Numbered from the stretch's first letter, positions 1 to 10,475 are shown. The stretch is 64,000 bases of DNA from an uncultured Eubacteriales bacterium (GCA_900314355.1 OMUY01000094.1:11428-75427), one strand, 5' to 3'. Numbers and translations: made by a program. The notes: generated by a model not told the origin, from the sequence alone.

Positions 1-3000
1 GTCTGGATTTATTGATTTGCCTGTAAAAGAGAAAAGCGAACTCGTGTCATATATTTCGTGCTTATCGGAAGAATTATTTCCCGAAGAACCTATTGACGCG
101 TATACGGTTCCCGACGGTTTGACATAAGCGCTGTAATATCTGCCGTCATATTCGTCCGAAATCACAGCCTGGTCAGTCACATTCCCGTTTCTGACGGGAT
201 TTGTCCTGTAATATGTGTCAGACGAGTCGCCGGACAGGACAATATCCACATCAAGACCGGATATTATCTCGTTCATGGATTTTAGGTAATTTTTATATCT
301 TCTCGACTGAGTTGAATATCCGTCCGTATAAGGCGAGTTGTGGACAATAACGATTTTCCAGTCCGCGTTGGAATTTGAAATATCGTCGTTTATCCATTTT
401 CTTTCATCCGTAGTAAGTCCTCCGATTATTCTGAGGCTTGTGGAATCTATTACCGTGAAATGGGCGTTGTTGTAGTCGAAAGAGTAATATCCTCTCTGTT
501 TTTCTTCAGTCGTTACCGTGCCGTCCGAATTCTGCTTTGAAGTCGTCACAGTCATGCCGTCTACAAGGAAGTTGTCATAAATACCGGAGGTGTCGTATTC
601 CCTCGCACCGACAACGGGAGACGTCGGCATATACGACGTAAGCCCGGATACGGCGCTTGAATAATTTTTCCATTGTTCAAAGTCCTGTCCGGACGACACG
701 AAATTGCCCGTATGGACTAAAAAAGAAGCATTCGGGAAAAGTTCCGAGACGGCAGCCGCCGTTTCTCTTGTATCGGAGAACTGATCTTCAGTTATCCCCG
801 CAGTATCAGACATCTGTATAAACGTAAATTTTCCGGAATCGGACGACGTCGTAAATTTCATCGTGTCCGACCATGCAGACGTACTTGAATCGCCTATTCT
901 GTAATAATATGCGGTTCCCGGTTTAAGACCCGAAAGCTTCACGGTGTGTCTCTGCGCATAGGAATATTTCGCGCCGAGATCGGCAATTCCCAAATCTACC
1001 GTATAGCTTGTAACAGACGTGAGTATTGACTCTGTCTGAGCGTCCGCGCCCTTTGCGCCGATAAAATGCTTTCCGAGAAAAGTTTCGGATGAGTTATCGT
1101 AAAGCTCTATTTCCGTTCCGGATGATTCCGTTGACGTATACCACGATATATTCATCTCGGTTTTTGAGTCTTCTCCGAAAGTTACTTCTATATTAAAAGG
1201 TCTCAAAGAATTTAAAACGTCTTCCGGAACCTCCGCTTTTTCTGTCAACGGAATAGTCACGTTATAGTCCGATTTTTCGGACGGATCGCTGTCCTCAAAA
1301 TAATACGACGCCATTTTGGCAATCTGTTTTCCGTCGGCAGAAGCTGTATCTCCCGAAAAATAATCCTTCAGATAATAGTCGATTACCTCATCTGTTGTTT
1401 TTCCGTATTTGGAGAAAAATCCGTCGGCGAGAACGGTATTTATAAGTCCCGTTACAGTCGCATCCTGATTGTGAATCTTTAAATACCATTTGACTAAATT
1501 TTCAATATCCTCTCCCAATGAGTCCTCGTTATCGTCGAGGAAAAGAAGATATTCGGGTTTTACTTTTATCTGTGAAAAAATACCGTCGAGCAAAATATCT
1601 TTTACAAGACCGGCGGCGATTACGCCGGCGAGAAATTCGGCAAGTTCGCCGGATTTCAGATTTTTTGAGACGTCGCTTATAAATTCGTCGTCGGAAATAT
1701 CCTCGTTGCCCATTTTTGAAGAGACTATTCCCTCAAGCAGCAGACTGTTCACGGTGCCGCCCTCCTCATTTGAGCCGAAACCGTAAGAGTCAAGATATTT
1801 CGTCGATTTTTTATCCGATATTATGGAGTCGGTTATCTTGTGAAGTCCCGAATAAACCGTATCGGAAAGCTTTTCCGGATCTTTCAGATAAATCTGTTCT
1901 ATCTGCGGAAAGATGTCGTTGTCAAGCTGGTTTACAATATTAGAAGCGTCGAAAATCACGACTTTTCCGAAAAGATTTATTCCGTCGCCGATGTAGTAAT
2001 TAATCAAAGACTCCAAATTTACGCCGAATTCGCTTTCAATATATTTTGAAAACGTACCGTATTGTGTTGTGCCGGTTATTACGTCGTTTTTTATGAAGTT
2101 TTCAAAAATATCGGTAAAATACCGCGCCATGTCGTAATTCGCATAAGTTATTTTAAGCGACGCGGTCTGTCTGTAGGGTTTGTCGTACACGGTCTGTTTT
2201 CCGTCGGAATCCGCTCTTGAAACAACAGCCCTTGCGTCATCAGAGTCGACTATGTCGGTTGTGACTCCGTCGGACTTCAGATAATTCACCCTGAGCGTAT
2301 TGGGAAATGACGAAAGATTTGACGATTCTATATCGTATATTATTTTTCCGTCGGACGTGATTTTAGACGAGACGTCGTTTCTTCCCGTCGCAGACGTGTA
2401 GATATACTCCATTCCGGCTTTCGCAAGTTCATCGGCAACATTGCAGCAGTCGTAGACGACGTTATTTTCGCTTACAAGATCCGACGAGGTAACTTTCCAT
2501 CCGCATACGCCTATCGGAGTTTTTCCGTTTTTCTTTGCCTCGGCGCATTTTTCTTTTATCCATGTCATTAACTCGTCTGTTATTTTTCCGGAGACGTTTC
2601 TGCCGCCGTTTGCGGTAAGTGTCGAATCGTAATAAGACGCGTCAATAACAATCAGCTCATAATTTGAGTCAAGGCTGACCGTATAGGAGAAAGAACCGAG
2701 AGCGGATGTCTTTTGAGTATACATTTCATCGGCGATATCCGGCCCGAGAGAAGAAAAATAATTTGACATCTGCGCGGGCGTAAGCGGACTGCCGGTCTTT
2801 TTTTTGCCGTCCTCAAAATACAAAGCGGACGAAGAATATATATCCCCGGGACCGGGGCAGACTATGACGTTTACGCCCGTATCGCTTTCAAGCTGCTTTA
2901 ATTTGCGGGAAAGAGAATACGCGTCGGATGAAAATCCGTTTAATGTCAGACCCGAATTTACGATGAGATATTTTACGCCTTTGACCTTGAGATAATTTAC

Positions 3001-3270
3001 CTCGGCCTGCATGGAATCGAAAAGTCCGTCGAGCTGTTCAATCTGAACGCCTTTGTTTTCGGCATATGAAAGAAACGCGTCGGAATAACCGGCTCTGTAT
3101 TCGGGCGATACATATTTCAGACCCGACGTTACGACGAAACCTGTCACGTCTTCCGGAAGGACGTTGTTTTCCCGAAGCGTTTGCCCGTCATCGGCAAAAG
3201 AAGGAAATACAAACGACGACAGAAGCATAATTGCGGAAAGTATTACGGATATTATCTTTTTCGATTTCAT
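1..3270 (-). CDS. Secreted multi-domain metallophosphoesterase-like protein (partial; C-terminus runs off the window start)
   Basis: Absent from the ORF track because it is open at position 1. My reverse-strand translation from ATG at 3270 gives MKSKKIISVILSAIMLLSSFVFPSFADDG... (signal peptide). I spot-translated stretches in frame (about 181-276, 550-660, 688-741) and the last codons to position 1 (...SLFSFTGKSINPD). The C-terminal half shows the calcineurin-like phosphoesterase motif order (FIQMSDTAG / LVHTGNFV / VVGAREYD / IVIVHNSPY / VLSGDSSDTYYR). No other minus-strand ORF is listed in 1-3600, consistent with one long frame. Confidence 0.7.
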   Translation of the reverse strand, partial: MKSKKIISVILSAIMLLSSFVFPSFADDGQTLRENNVLPEDVTGFVVTSGLKYVSPEYRAGYSDAFLSYAENKGVQIEQLDGLFDSMQAEVNYLKVKGVKYLIVNSGLTLNGFSSDAYSLSRKLKQLESDTGVNVIVCPGPGDIYSSSALYFEDGKKKTGSPLTPAQMSNYFSSLGPDIADEMYTQKTSALGSFSYTVSLDSNYELIVIDASYYDSTLTANGGRNVSGKITDELMTWIKEKCAEAKKNGKTPIGVCGWKVTSSDLVSENNVVYDCCNVADELAKAGMEYIYTSATGRNDVSSKITSDGKIIYDIESSNLSSFPNTLRVNYLKSDGVTTDIVDSDDARAVVSRADSDGKQTVYDKPYRQTASLKITYANYDMARYFTDIFENFIKNDVITGTTQYGTFSKYIESEFGVNLESLINYYIGDGINLFGKVVIFDASNIVNQLDNDIFPQIEQIYLKDPEKLSDTVYSGLHKITDSIISDKKSTKYLDSYGFGSNEEGGTVNSLLLEGIVSSKMGNEDISDDEFISDVSKNLKSGELAEFLAGVIAAGLVKDILLDGIFSQIKVKPEYLLFLDDNEDSLGEDIENLVKWYLKIHNQDATVTGLINTVLADGFFSKYGKTTDEVIDYYLKDYFSGDTASADGKQIAKMASYYFEDSDPSEKSDYNVTIPLTEKAEVPEDVLNSLRPFNIEVTFGEDSKTEMNISWYTSTESSGTEIELYDNSSETFLGKHFIGAKGADAQTESILTSVTSYTVDLGIADLGAKYSYAQRHTVKLSGLKPGTAYYYRIGDSSTSAWSDTMKFTTSSDSGKFTFIQMSDTAGITEDQFSDTRETAAAVSELFPNASFLVHTGNFVSSGQDFEQWKNYSSAVSGLTSYMPTSPVVGAREYDTSGIYDNFLVDGMTVTTSKQNSDGTVTTEEKQRGYYSFDYNNAHFTVIDSTSLRIIGGLTTDERKWINDDISNSNADWKIVIVHNSPYTDGYSTQSRRYKNYLKSMNEIISGLDVDIVLSGDSSDTYYRTNPVRNGNVTDQAVISDEYDGRYYSAYVKPSGTVYASIGSSGNNSSDKHEIYDTSSLFSFTGKSINPD

Positions 3271-3553
3271 ATATTCGCACCCCGAATGAATACAAATTGT
3301 CATTGTAAAAATACCATTCAATTATTGAACTTCGCTTTACTTCAAACAGTCTTTTACATTTTTATTATAAGTTAATGTAAAGTTTTTGTAAAGTCCGCCG
3401 AGTAAATCCGGGGAGTTGAGCCAAAATAAAAGATAAAATCGGATGTGTTTTTCTTTTTATTGTATTATAAAAATTTGATGTGCCGAAAACAGCACATCAA
3501 TTTATTGTAAATTACGCTTTTCGTGATTTTTTTATCCGAGTTTTCAGCCGGAC

Positions 3554-3587
3554 TAAAAAAGCTGCCGCTGAAAATTTCGGCGGCAGC
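3554..3587 (-). terminator. Rho-independent terminator downstream of the 3608-5254 gene
   Basis: Stem gctgccgc (3561-3568) pairs with gcggcagc (3580-3587). The A-run at 3554-3560 on the + strand becomes a U-tail on the minus strand. Confidence 0.7.
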
Positions 3588-3607
3588 ATTGAATTATTTA
3601 TTTTTTC

Positions 3608-5254
3608 TCATTTTTTCGAGGCGTAAGCGTTTTTGAGAAGCTGTTCGTATCCTTTTACCATCTCGGAACATGCCGTTTTGCCGAGTGAAACAACCTCAAG
3701 CGATTTGTTGTTGGGATAAAGTATTGGCATATAGTCGTTGTCGGGTATGATATAGCCTACCATATCGTTTTCAAGTCCAAATACTATTACGTCCCTGCCG
3801 CCCTCGACTTTTGTTTCAAGAGGAGCATAGTTCCAGTCCTTTCCGGACCATGATTTTGACGCGGGGCACGCGCCGCCGTAGTAAGTCTCGCCTGTCGTCT
3901 CTCCCGGAGCGAGGAATACCGCAACATCGTCGCCCAATTCCATATATCCGAGTTCGGAAACTTCCTGATACTTATTAAATCCGGTTTTTACTATCTGATG
4001 ATTTATAAGTCCTTCCTTGCCCGCGAAGAGGAGAATACAGTTGCTGATATTGAACTTTATTTGTTCGGATCTGATATTGAGAACAGGGGAAAGCTCTTTC
4101 TCGTTTGAAATTGCGTTAAGTCTGTCTGCAAGAGCCTCACCGTAGACTTTAACGGATTCAAGTCTTGAAAGATTTTCCGTGTCAAGCGTTGATTTGTCCT
4201 GAGTCGTAGCCTGCTCCGCGCCGAGCACGAGCGCGAAATTGGCGTTGTACTTTTCGTTGACGGCCTGTTCCATATAATAAGCGTAGTCGCCTGTTATTAC
4301 TGTTCCGGCGGCTCCGTTTCCGACAAGATGAACGCACGACGTAGTAAACCATGTCTCTTTTGAACCGTCGGACGGTACAAATCTGAATCTTTCAAAATAG
4401 TTGTCGAGAACCTGCGGATCTCTCTTGTCGGTCATAAACTCTGACATATCTATTTTTCCATAGTAAAGTTTTCCGTTCTTTTCGCCTGTGACAGCCTCTT
4501 TTATAGTCTGCTCGGTCTTGTCGTAAAGATTTCTCATGTACTCGTCGTTTCTGCCGCTTACGGAATTTTTGCCGAAAAGATTTTTCCACGGATTTTTGAC
4601 GACTTCCTCGAGCACGTTTCCGTTTAGTCCGAGAGTATCCACGGCGGAATGCTGATGAAGAACAGAAATATTTATAGATTTTACATTGTTTTCCTTTGAA
4701 AACGATTCGAGCTCCTGTCTTATAGCTCTTACGTCTGTATTTGAAATTCCGAAACCGTCTATAACGGCGAATACTGCCGAACCTCTTCCGGAATTGTCGT
4801 TTAATGCGACTGTTCTTACTTTAAGGTCGTCATATACCTCCGTTGCAACTTTTTTATTTAAAGTGAGCGTTCCGCCTACATAGTGGTTGCCGTCGAGAAC
4901 ATCTTGACCTTCAAGAATGGACGCTTCCGAATATCCCAAAGACCAGCGGGCTCCGTCTGCCGGCTCGGAAAGAAATTCGTCGTCGCCCGGCATAAATCCG
5001 TCGGATGAATAATCATCGGCGTTTTTGCCCCATGTTTTCTGGTCCGGAATAAAAGCGCATATGGATTTTACGATTACATCCATAAGCTTGTCTGTCGCGT
5101 TCCAGAAAGATTTTTCAAAGCTTGTCGCCGAATGGGCTTTGTCGGTCACGCTGCCGGCGTTTTTCGGGTCATATGACGCGAAGCCCGGTACGGCGCAGCT
5201 GAATACCATCATCAAAGATAAGACGACCGCTAAAATTCTGCTTGATTTTTTCAT
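3608..5254 (-). CDS. Secreted hydrolase of uncertain function (tentatively neutral/alkaline ceramidase-like)
   Basis: 548-aa ORF with signal peptide MKKSSRILAVVLSLMMVFSCAVPGFA. Segments RTVALNDNSGRGSAVFAVIDGFGIS and ISVLHQHSAVDTLG resemble the N-terminal ceramidase-family pattern by eye. Family assignment is unverified. Confidence 0.6.
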   Translation of the reverse strand: MKKSSRILAVVLSLMMVFSCAVPGFASYDPKNAGSVTDKAHSATSFEKSFWNATDKLMDVIVKSICAFIPDQKTWGKNADDYSSDGFMPGDDEFLSEPADGARWSLGYSEASILEGQDVLDGNHYVGGTLTLNKKVATEVYDDLKVRTVALNDNSGRGSAVFAVIDGFGISNTDVRAIRQELESFSKENNVKSINISVLHQHSAVDTLGLNGNVLEEVVKNPWKNLFGKNSVSGRNDEYMRNLYDKTEQTIKEAVTGEKNGKLYYGKIDMSEFMTDKRDPQVLDNYFERFRFVPSDGSKETWFTTSCVHLVGNGAAGTVITGDYAYYMEQAVNEKYNANFALVLGAEQATTQDKSTLDTENLSRLESVKVYGEALADRLNAISNEKELSPVLNIRSEQIKFNISNCILLFAGKEGLINHQIVKTGFNKYQEVSELGYMELGDDVAVFLAPGETTGETYYGGACPASKSWSGKDWNYAPLETKVEGGRDVIVFGLENDMVGYIIPDNDYMPILYPNNKSLEVVSLGKTACSEMVKGYEQLLKNAYASKK

Positions 5255-5432
5255 GAATAATCTACACCTTTACTTTCAGATGATTACTGTATTTCCTGAT
5301 GATATAGTATCATATCCGCTTCAAAAAGTAAACAATTCTTTTTTTATTTTCATCATTTAATTATGCAATGTCTCTTATTTTTTCATGCCGATTAAAAAAA
5401 CATACGACATAAAAAATCAACACATGATCCCT

Positions 5433-5456
5433 CCGCCCGAAAGCGGCGTTTTTTTT
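5433..5456 (+). terminator. Orphan plus-strand intrinsic-terminator-like hairpin with T8 tract
   Basis: cgcc(c)-GAAA-(g)cggcg stem at about 5434-5448, followed by tttttttt (5449-5456). No plus-strand gene lies upstream, and both flanking genes are on the minus strand. Confidence 0.35.
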
Positions 5457-5485
5457 CGAGACTGACGCGATTATTTCATAAAATA

Positions 5486-8242
5486 TTATTCTATTGTCAG
5501 TTTATGGGGACTTGTATCTGTGAGTTTTATTTCAAATTCCAGCTCTCCTTTTTCCCTTTCACTGAAAGGAACCGCCGCTGAGTCAAGAGTTACGGAATAA
5601 TTATCCTTTGAATCCGAAAGGCACGCTATGACCGAGAAAGTCTTTCCGTTGTCGAAATGGGAAATATCAGCCTCTATTTTATCGGGAGACGATTTGAGAT
5701 TATCTACCCATGTCTCAAGTCCAGTGGTGAGAGTTCCCGGCTTAAAATAAGCGTCAGCCCAGATATTGGCAGGAGTTGAAAGTCCGCCGAAATTGTGGAA
5801 CCATCCGCCCCTGCCGGTGACGACGGAGAACATTTCAAACGTGTAGTAATTATATTCAACCTCTCTTTTCCATATATCCAGAGCCCTTTTCGCTATAGAA
5901 TAGGCGAGGTCGGTTCTGCATGACTCAAGGCACGCTTTCCACAGGTACCACTGATGCGGCAGCCAGATATTTCCGTTCCAATATCCGTTTGTGCGGAAAT
6001 AACTTGCGGACATATCAACCGCGCTTATTCCGTATGGAGTTGACATCTCTTTGTCGCTGTTGATGTGATTCAGTATAGCATTTTCCTGACTTTCGGACGA
6101 CGCGCCTGCGATGAACGGATAAATTCCGTCCAGTCCCTTGTCAAAATTTTCGCCTTTTTCGGTTCTGAGTATTCCGGTTGGCTCGCCCGATTCGTTGTGA
6201 GTGACAAAGCCGTAGTATCCGCTTTCGCCGTCCCATGAATATTTATTCAAAGCCGATGAAAATTTATCAATGTCGTTTCGATAAACAGACGCATCATCGT
6301 TTTTTCCGAGTTTCAGTGAAGCCATATACATTATTTTCGCCGCTATAATCGCGTGAGACGATGTAATAGCCGGAGCCGTGGTCTGCCTTATCTCTTTTGT
6401 CATCATCTCTACCTGAGCCGGATAATCGTCCATTCCGGACGAAGAATAGAAATAATCGTAGGGAGTCAGAAGCCCCGACTTGAATTTACCGGTCGTCGAA
6501 CCTCTGATTTTTCCAGTGAAATAATCGTAATAAAGTTTCAGCCTGTCATAATACGGCAGAAGTTTTTCGGAGCCGTATTTTTTCATCATCTCAAGCCACA
6601 GCGCGAACTGAACGGGAACCGGCGAACCGTGAAGGACGAAAGCGTAATCTTTATTGCTTTCATCCGAAAGGTAAGCGTCAAGCATATATTCGGCCGCTTT
6701 TTCGTCGAACTCGTTGAATCCGAGACCTATAAAACCGGAATCCCATGTATAAAGGCTGTCCCAGCGCTTGCCCGGAGTGGGATGGACAATCCGGCTTCCG
6801 TGCTTATAGATAGGATAAACGGTGTTTGTGAGAAGAGTTGCTCTGAGAATATCATTTGAAAGCTCGTACTTTTTGCCGGATGAGTTCAAATTGAATTTTT
6901 TTACCTCGTTCAGCCTTTGTCTGTAAATTGTTTCGTATACGTCCGTGCCGAGATATTTTGCGGGACCGTTTGAAATCACGGCGTACTTTACGGCGGTGCC
7001 GCCCGGTTTTACATAGATTGTATGAGTTAAAGTATTGAAGAAAAATCCGTCGCAAGTATGTTTTTCGGGAAAAGCCGATGTAAACGTATCAAATACGTTG
7101 TCAAATGTCGGGTCGGAATTTGAAAGCCTCGACTTTGTCGCGTCTTCGAGACAGCCCGAATCGATATTTCTGAAACGAGTGTTTTCATCAAACGTTCTGA
7201 GGAAATAATCACCGTCGACTCCGTTGTATTTGAGTTCGGAAATATATCCCTCGCCGTCCGCTTTTTCGGTTTTTATCTCCGGTTTAAAATCGAATTTCAC
7301 ATAATCGTTTTTGACTTTTCCGGCGTCGCCGTTTTCGACAATACAGAGGTAGTCCAATTCCACAGCGCCGGATCCGAGCGATACAAGCTCTATTTTCTTT
7401 TCGCCTTTTGATATTTTTCCGAGCGGCCACAGTTTAAGATCAGGTTCGTCCGCCGGCTCGAATGATATGCGCTCCTTGCCGTTCAGCATAAACTCTGACG
7501 TCTTTTCGCCTTTTACCAAACTGACGCCGTCCGTGTTCTGCCGTTTGTATTTTATATCCGTCGTCCTGTATCTTATTATCAGCGTCGCGTTGTCAAAATC
7601 TTCGGGTATATCGAGGGTGTACGACACCTTGTCGCCGGCAGTGGCTCCGAACGGCGGAATATATTTCATCGGCAGATGCCATTTAGGCGCTCTGTCTCCG
7701 AGCCCTCTGCCGCCCGTGAACCTCTTGTCGAGAAATTCGCCTTTTTTCATCGCGTCGGGATTTTCTCCGTCCCACGGTCTTTTTATTCTGTACGAATAAT
7801 CGTCGTAATCGAGAGCGTCTTTGAAAACGTATTTTTTCGGAAGGATGAGACGGCAGTAAGAGTCATCCGGATATTCCACCGACTCAAAATAATTAATCAA
7901 AAAATTTTGATATAGATCAGAATTGTTGAAAAATTCCGTTCTGACAAGTTCTCTTTCGGAGCTTAGCCTCACATAAGATACCTCCGCGTATACTTTATCC
8001 TTGCCGTCGAGGTCAAAACGATATTTTACGAAAGAATAATCGTCCGACGATTCCCACGGATGAACTCCGTTAGGAGTCGTGACATTCGGAATATCTATGT
8101 CAAAACCGAATACGGAAGGCACGACGGTCAAATCGAACCTGACGCCGGGAATAAACTTATGATTTGCTATCCTCGACATTCCCATATATTTTTTTGAGTA
8201 AGGTCCCCACTTTGGGTAAATTTTTACAGCCATTTCAATCAC
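5486..8242 (-). CDS. Cytoplasmic (alpha/alpha)6 six-hairpin glycoside hydrolase, GH63 / MGH1-like (tentative)
   Basis: 918-aa ORF with no signal peptide. Motifs LYTWDSGFIGLGF and NGNIWLPHQWYLWKA resemble the GH63/GH37-type catalytic domain. It is divergent from the glg operon. Confidence 0.55.
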   Translation of the reverse strand: MIEMAVKIYPKWGPYSKKYMGMSRIANHKFIPGVRFDLTVVPSVFGFDIDIPNVTTPNGVHPWESSDDYSFVKYRFDLDGKDKVYAEVSYVRLSSERELVRTEFFNNSDLYQNFLINYFESVEYPDDSYCRLILPKKYVFKDALDYDDYSYRIKRPWDGENPDAMKKGEFLDKRFTGGRGLGDRAPKWHLPMKYIPPFGATAGDKVSYTLDIPEDFDNATLIIRYRTTDIKYKRQNTDGVSLVKGEKTSEFMLNGKERISFEPADEPDLKLWPLGKISKGEKKIELVSLGSGAVELDYLCIVENGDAGKVKNDYVKFDFKPEIKTEKADGEGYISELKYNGVDGDYFLRTFDENTRFRNIDSGCLEDATKSRLSNSDPTFDNVFDTFTSAFPEKHTCDGFFFNTLTHTIYVKPGGTAVKYAVISNGPAKYLGTDVYETIYRQRLNEVKKFNLNSSGKKYELSNDILRATLLTNTVYPIYKHGSRIVHPTPGKRWDSLYTWDSGFIGLGFNEFDEKAAEYMLDAYLSDESNKDYAFVLHGSPVPVQFALWLEMMKKYGSEKLLPYYDRLKLYYDYFTGKIRGSTTGKFKSGLLTPYDYFYSSSGMDDYPAQVEMMTKEIRQTTAPAITSSHAIIAAKIMYMASLKLGKNDDASVYRNDIDKFSSALNKYSWDGESGYYGFVTHNESGEPTGILRTEKGENFDKGLDGIYPFIAGASSESQENAILNHINSDKEMSTPYGISAVDMSASYFRTNGYWNGNIWLPHQWYLWKACLESCRTDLAYSIAKRALDIWKREVEYNYYTFEMFSVVTGRGGWFHNFGGLSTPANIWADAYFKPGTLTTGLETWVDNLKSSPDKIEADISHFDNGKTFSVIACLSDSKDNYSVTLDSAAVPFSEREKGELEFEIKLTDTSPHKLTIE

Positions 8243-8459
8243 CGTAATTATATTGATTTATTATATTCATTATATATATTTTATTCGGTTTTTTCAATCA
8301 TACTTTTGCCGCGGTTTATTGTTCCGATATTTAATTATGAACTTTTTGTCTGTGCCATTTTGCCTTAAAATATGACGATTATTTTAGTTTTTATAGCAAT
8401 GTTACAAAAATTTTATATAATTTTCTATATTTTATCGCCCGTTTTACCAAATCTTATAC

Positions 8460-8488
8460 TTGCAAAATCAGAGTTAATTTGATAAAAT
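8460..8488 (+). promoter_or_regulatory. Candidate sigma-A promoter for glgB operon
   Basis: TTGCAA (8460-8465), 17-nt spacer, TAAAAT (8483-8488), about 40 nt upstream of the glgB start. Confidence 0.4.
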
Positions 8489-8526
8489 AAAAAAGAATAA
8501 TTTTTTACTACGGAGAAATTAATGAT

Positions 8527-10434
8527 ATGTCCGATAAATCAGAAGATTTAAGCACTCCGATTTACCTGTTCCACGAGGGAAGCAACGCAAGGGCCTACGA
8601 ATTTTTAGGCTCTCATTTCAATGACGACGGCAGCGTCACATTCAGAGTGTGGGCGCCGAGGGCGTCGGCCGTATCCGTATGCGGCGATTTCAACTCATGG
8701 GATGAACACGCCGACCCTATGAACAAAATAAATGAACAGGGATTATGGGAAGTTCGGATAGACGGACCTGAAAAATATGACAAATACAAGTATCAGGTTA
8801 CATCGCCGGACGGAAGAAAAATTATGAAATCCGATCCGTACGGTTTTCATTTTGAGACAAGACCGGGAAACGCGACAAAAATATACGATATTTCCGGTTT
8901 CAAATGGACTGATGAAAAATGGCAGCAGAAGAAGGAAAAGACAAATATTTTTTCCTCTCCCGTAAATATATATGAAATTCACGCGGGCTCATGGAAGCTT
9001 CATGACGACGGAAATTTCTACTCATACAGGGATCTGGCGGACGAGCTCATACCTTATATCAAAGAGATGGGATATACCCACGTGGAGCTTCTGCCCATAA
9101 CAGAATATCCGTTTGACGGTTCATGGGGCTATCAGGTTACAGGATATTTCGCGCCGACGTCAAGGTACGGCACGCCCGAGGATTTCGCGTATTTCATTGA
9201 TAAAATGCACTCTGCTTCTATCGGGGTCATTCTCGACTGGGTTCCCGCTCATTTTCCGAAAGACGAATACGGTCTTTACGAGTTTGACGGCACGCCGTGC
9301 TACGAATATTCCGACCCGAGAAAAGGCGAGCATTACGAATGGGGAACGAGAGTTTTCGACTACGGCAGAAACGAGGTGGTATCGTTTCTGATGTCGTCCG
9401 CAGATCTGTGGATAAATAAATACCACGCCGACGGATTGAGAGTCGACGCGGTCGCTTCAATGCTTTATCTCGATTACGGCAGGAGCGAAGGACAGTGGGT
9501 CAGAAACGAAAAAGGCGGCAGAGAAAATCTTGAGGCGGTAGCTTTTCTGAGAAAACTTAATAAATACATATTCAAAGAATATCCGGGCACCATGATGATC
9601 GCGGAGGAATCGACCGCCTGGCCTCTTGTCACAAAGCCTGTTGACGTCGGCGGTCTCGGATTTAATTTCAAATGGAATATGGGCTGGATGAACGATATAC
9701 TGAAATATTTCAGCCTCGACTCTTATTTCAGAAAATACAACCACGATTTGATAACGTTCTCGTTTATGTACGCATTTTCGGAAAACTTCGTCCTTCCGAT
9801 TTCGCACGACGAGGTAGTGCACGGCAAAAAATCTCTTATTGACAAAATGCCCGGCACTTACGAGCAGAAATTCGACTCGATGAGAGCTTTCCTCGGCTAT
9901 ATGTACGCTCATCCCGGCAAAAAACTTCTTTTCATGGGTCAGGAGTTCGGACAGTTTATAGAATGGGACGAGAAAAAACAGCTCGACTGGTTCCTTTTGA
10001 AATATCCGGCGCACGCTTCGCTTCAAAAATACGTGGCGGCATTGAACAGATTTTATCTTGACCACCCGGAAATGTGGGAAATCGATTATTCATGGGAAGG
10101 ATTCCACTGGATAATTCCGGACGACTGCGACAACTCGGTAATAGCCTTTACAAGATCCGATGAAAACGGAGACACAATAGTAGTCGTATGCAATTTCACT
10201 CCGGTAGACAGGGAAAGCTATAAAGCCGGAATGCCCGAAAAAGGAACTTACGATGTTGTTTTCTGTTCCGACGACAAGGAATACGGTGGCAGAGGAACTT
10301 ACAAAAAACGCGTCTACAAGACTAAAAACGAGCCTATGCACTCAATGGAGCAGTCCGCGGAGCTTAAACTTCCCGGGCTTACCACGATTTATCTCAAAAA
10401 AAGAAAAGAAAAAGACGACAAAACAAAAAAATAA
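8527..10434 (+). CDS. glgB: 1,4-alpha-glucan branching enzyme
   Basis: RVWAPRASAVSVCGDFNSWD, YEIHAGSW and GYTHVELLPITEYPFDGSWGYQVTGYFAPTSRYGTPEDF...ILDWVPAHFPKD are classic GH13 GlgB motifs. GGAG SD upstream. Confidence 0.95.
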   Translation: MSDKSEDLSTPIYLFHEGSNARAYEFLGSHFNDDGSVTFRVWAPRASAVSVCGDFNSWDEHADPMNKINEQGLWEVRIDGPEKYDKYKYQVTSPDGRKIMKSDPYGFHFETRPGNATKIYDISGFKWTDEKWQQKKEKTNIFSSPVNIYEIHAGSWKLHDDGNFYSYRDLADELIPYIKEMGYTHVELLPITEYPFDGSWGYQVTGYFAPTSRYGTPEDFAYFIDKMHSASIGVILDWVPAHFPKDEYGLYEFDGTPCYEYSDPRKGEHYEWGTRVFDYGRNEVVSFLMSSADLWINKYHADGLRVDAVASMLYLDYGRSEGQWVRNEKGGRENLEAVAFLRKLNKYIFKEYPGTMMIAEESTAWPLVTKPVDVGGLGFNFKWNMGWMNDILKYFSLDSYFRKYNHDLITFSFMYAFSENFVLPISHDEVVHGKKSLIDKMPGTYEQKFDSMRAFLGYMYAHPGKKLLFMGQEFGQFIEWDEKKQLDWFLLKYPAHASLQKYVAALNRFYLDHPEMWEIDYSWEGFHWIIPDDCDNSVIAFTRSDENGDTIVVVCNFTPVDRESYKAGMPEKGTYDVVFCSDDKEYGGRGTYKKRVYKTKNEPMHSMEQSAELKLPGLTTIYLKKRKEKDDKTKK

Positions 10435-10475
10435 TTTATATCAAACAATATTAATATTTCAGAAAGGAACAAATT

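Noticed and set aside
1490-3375. Plus-strand ORFs 1490-1786, 1716-1943, 1840-2049, 2804-2995, 3181-3375
   Set aside because: They overlap the long minus-strand secreted metallophosphoesterase-like gene that is open to the window edge. They have no SDs and Ser/Pro-rich nonsense-like translations.
9457-10065. 202-aa minus-strand ORF inside glgB. Similar long antisense or off-frame ORFs: 6353-6859, 20946-21437, 22088-22582, 29708-30193, 36280-36774, 38440-38946, 46323-46868, 57637-58230, 42701-43158.
   Set aside because: All are embedded in confidently identified genes on the opposite strand or in another frame. They have no SD and show low-complexity or Arg/Ser/Phe-biased translations, so they are shadow ORFs.
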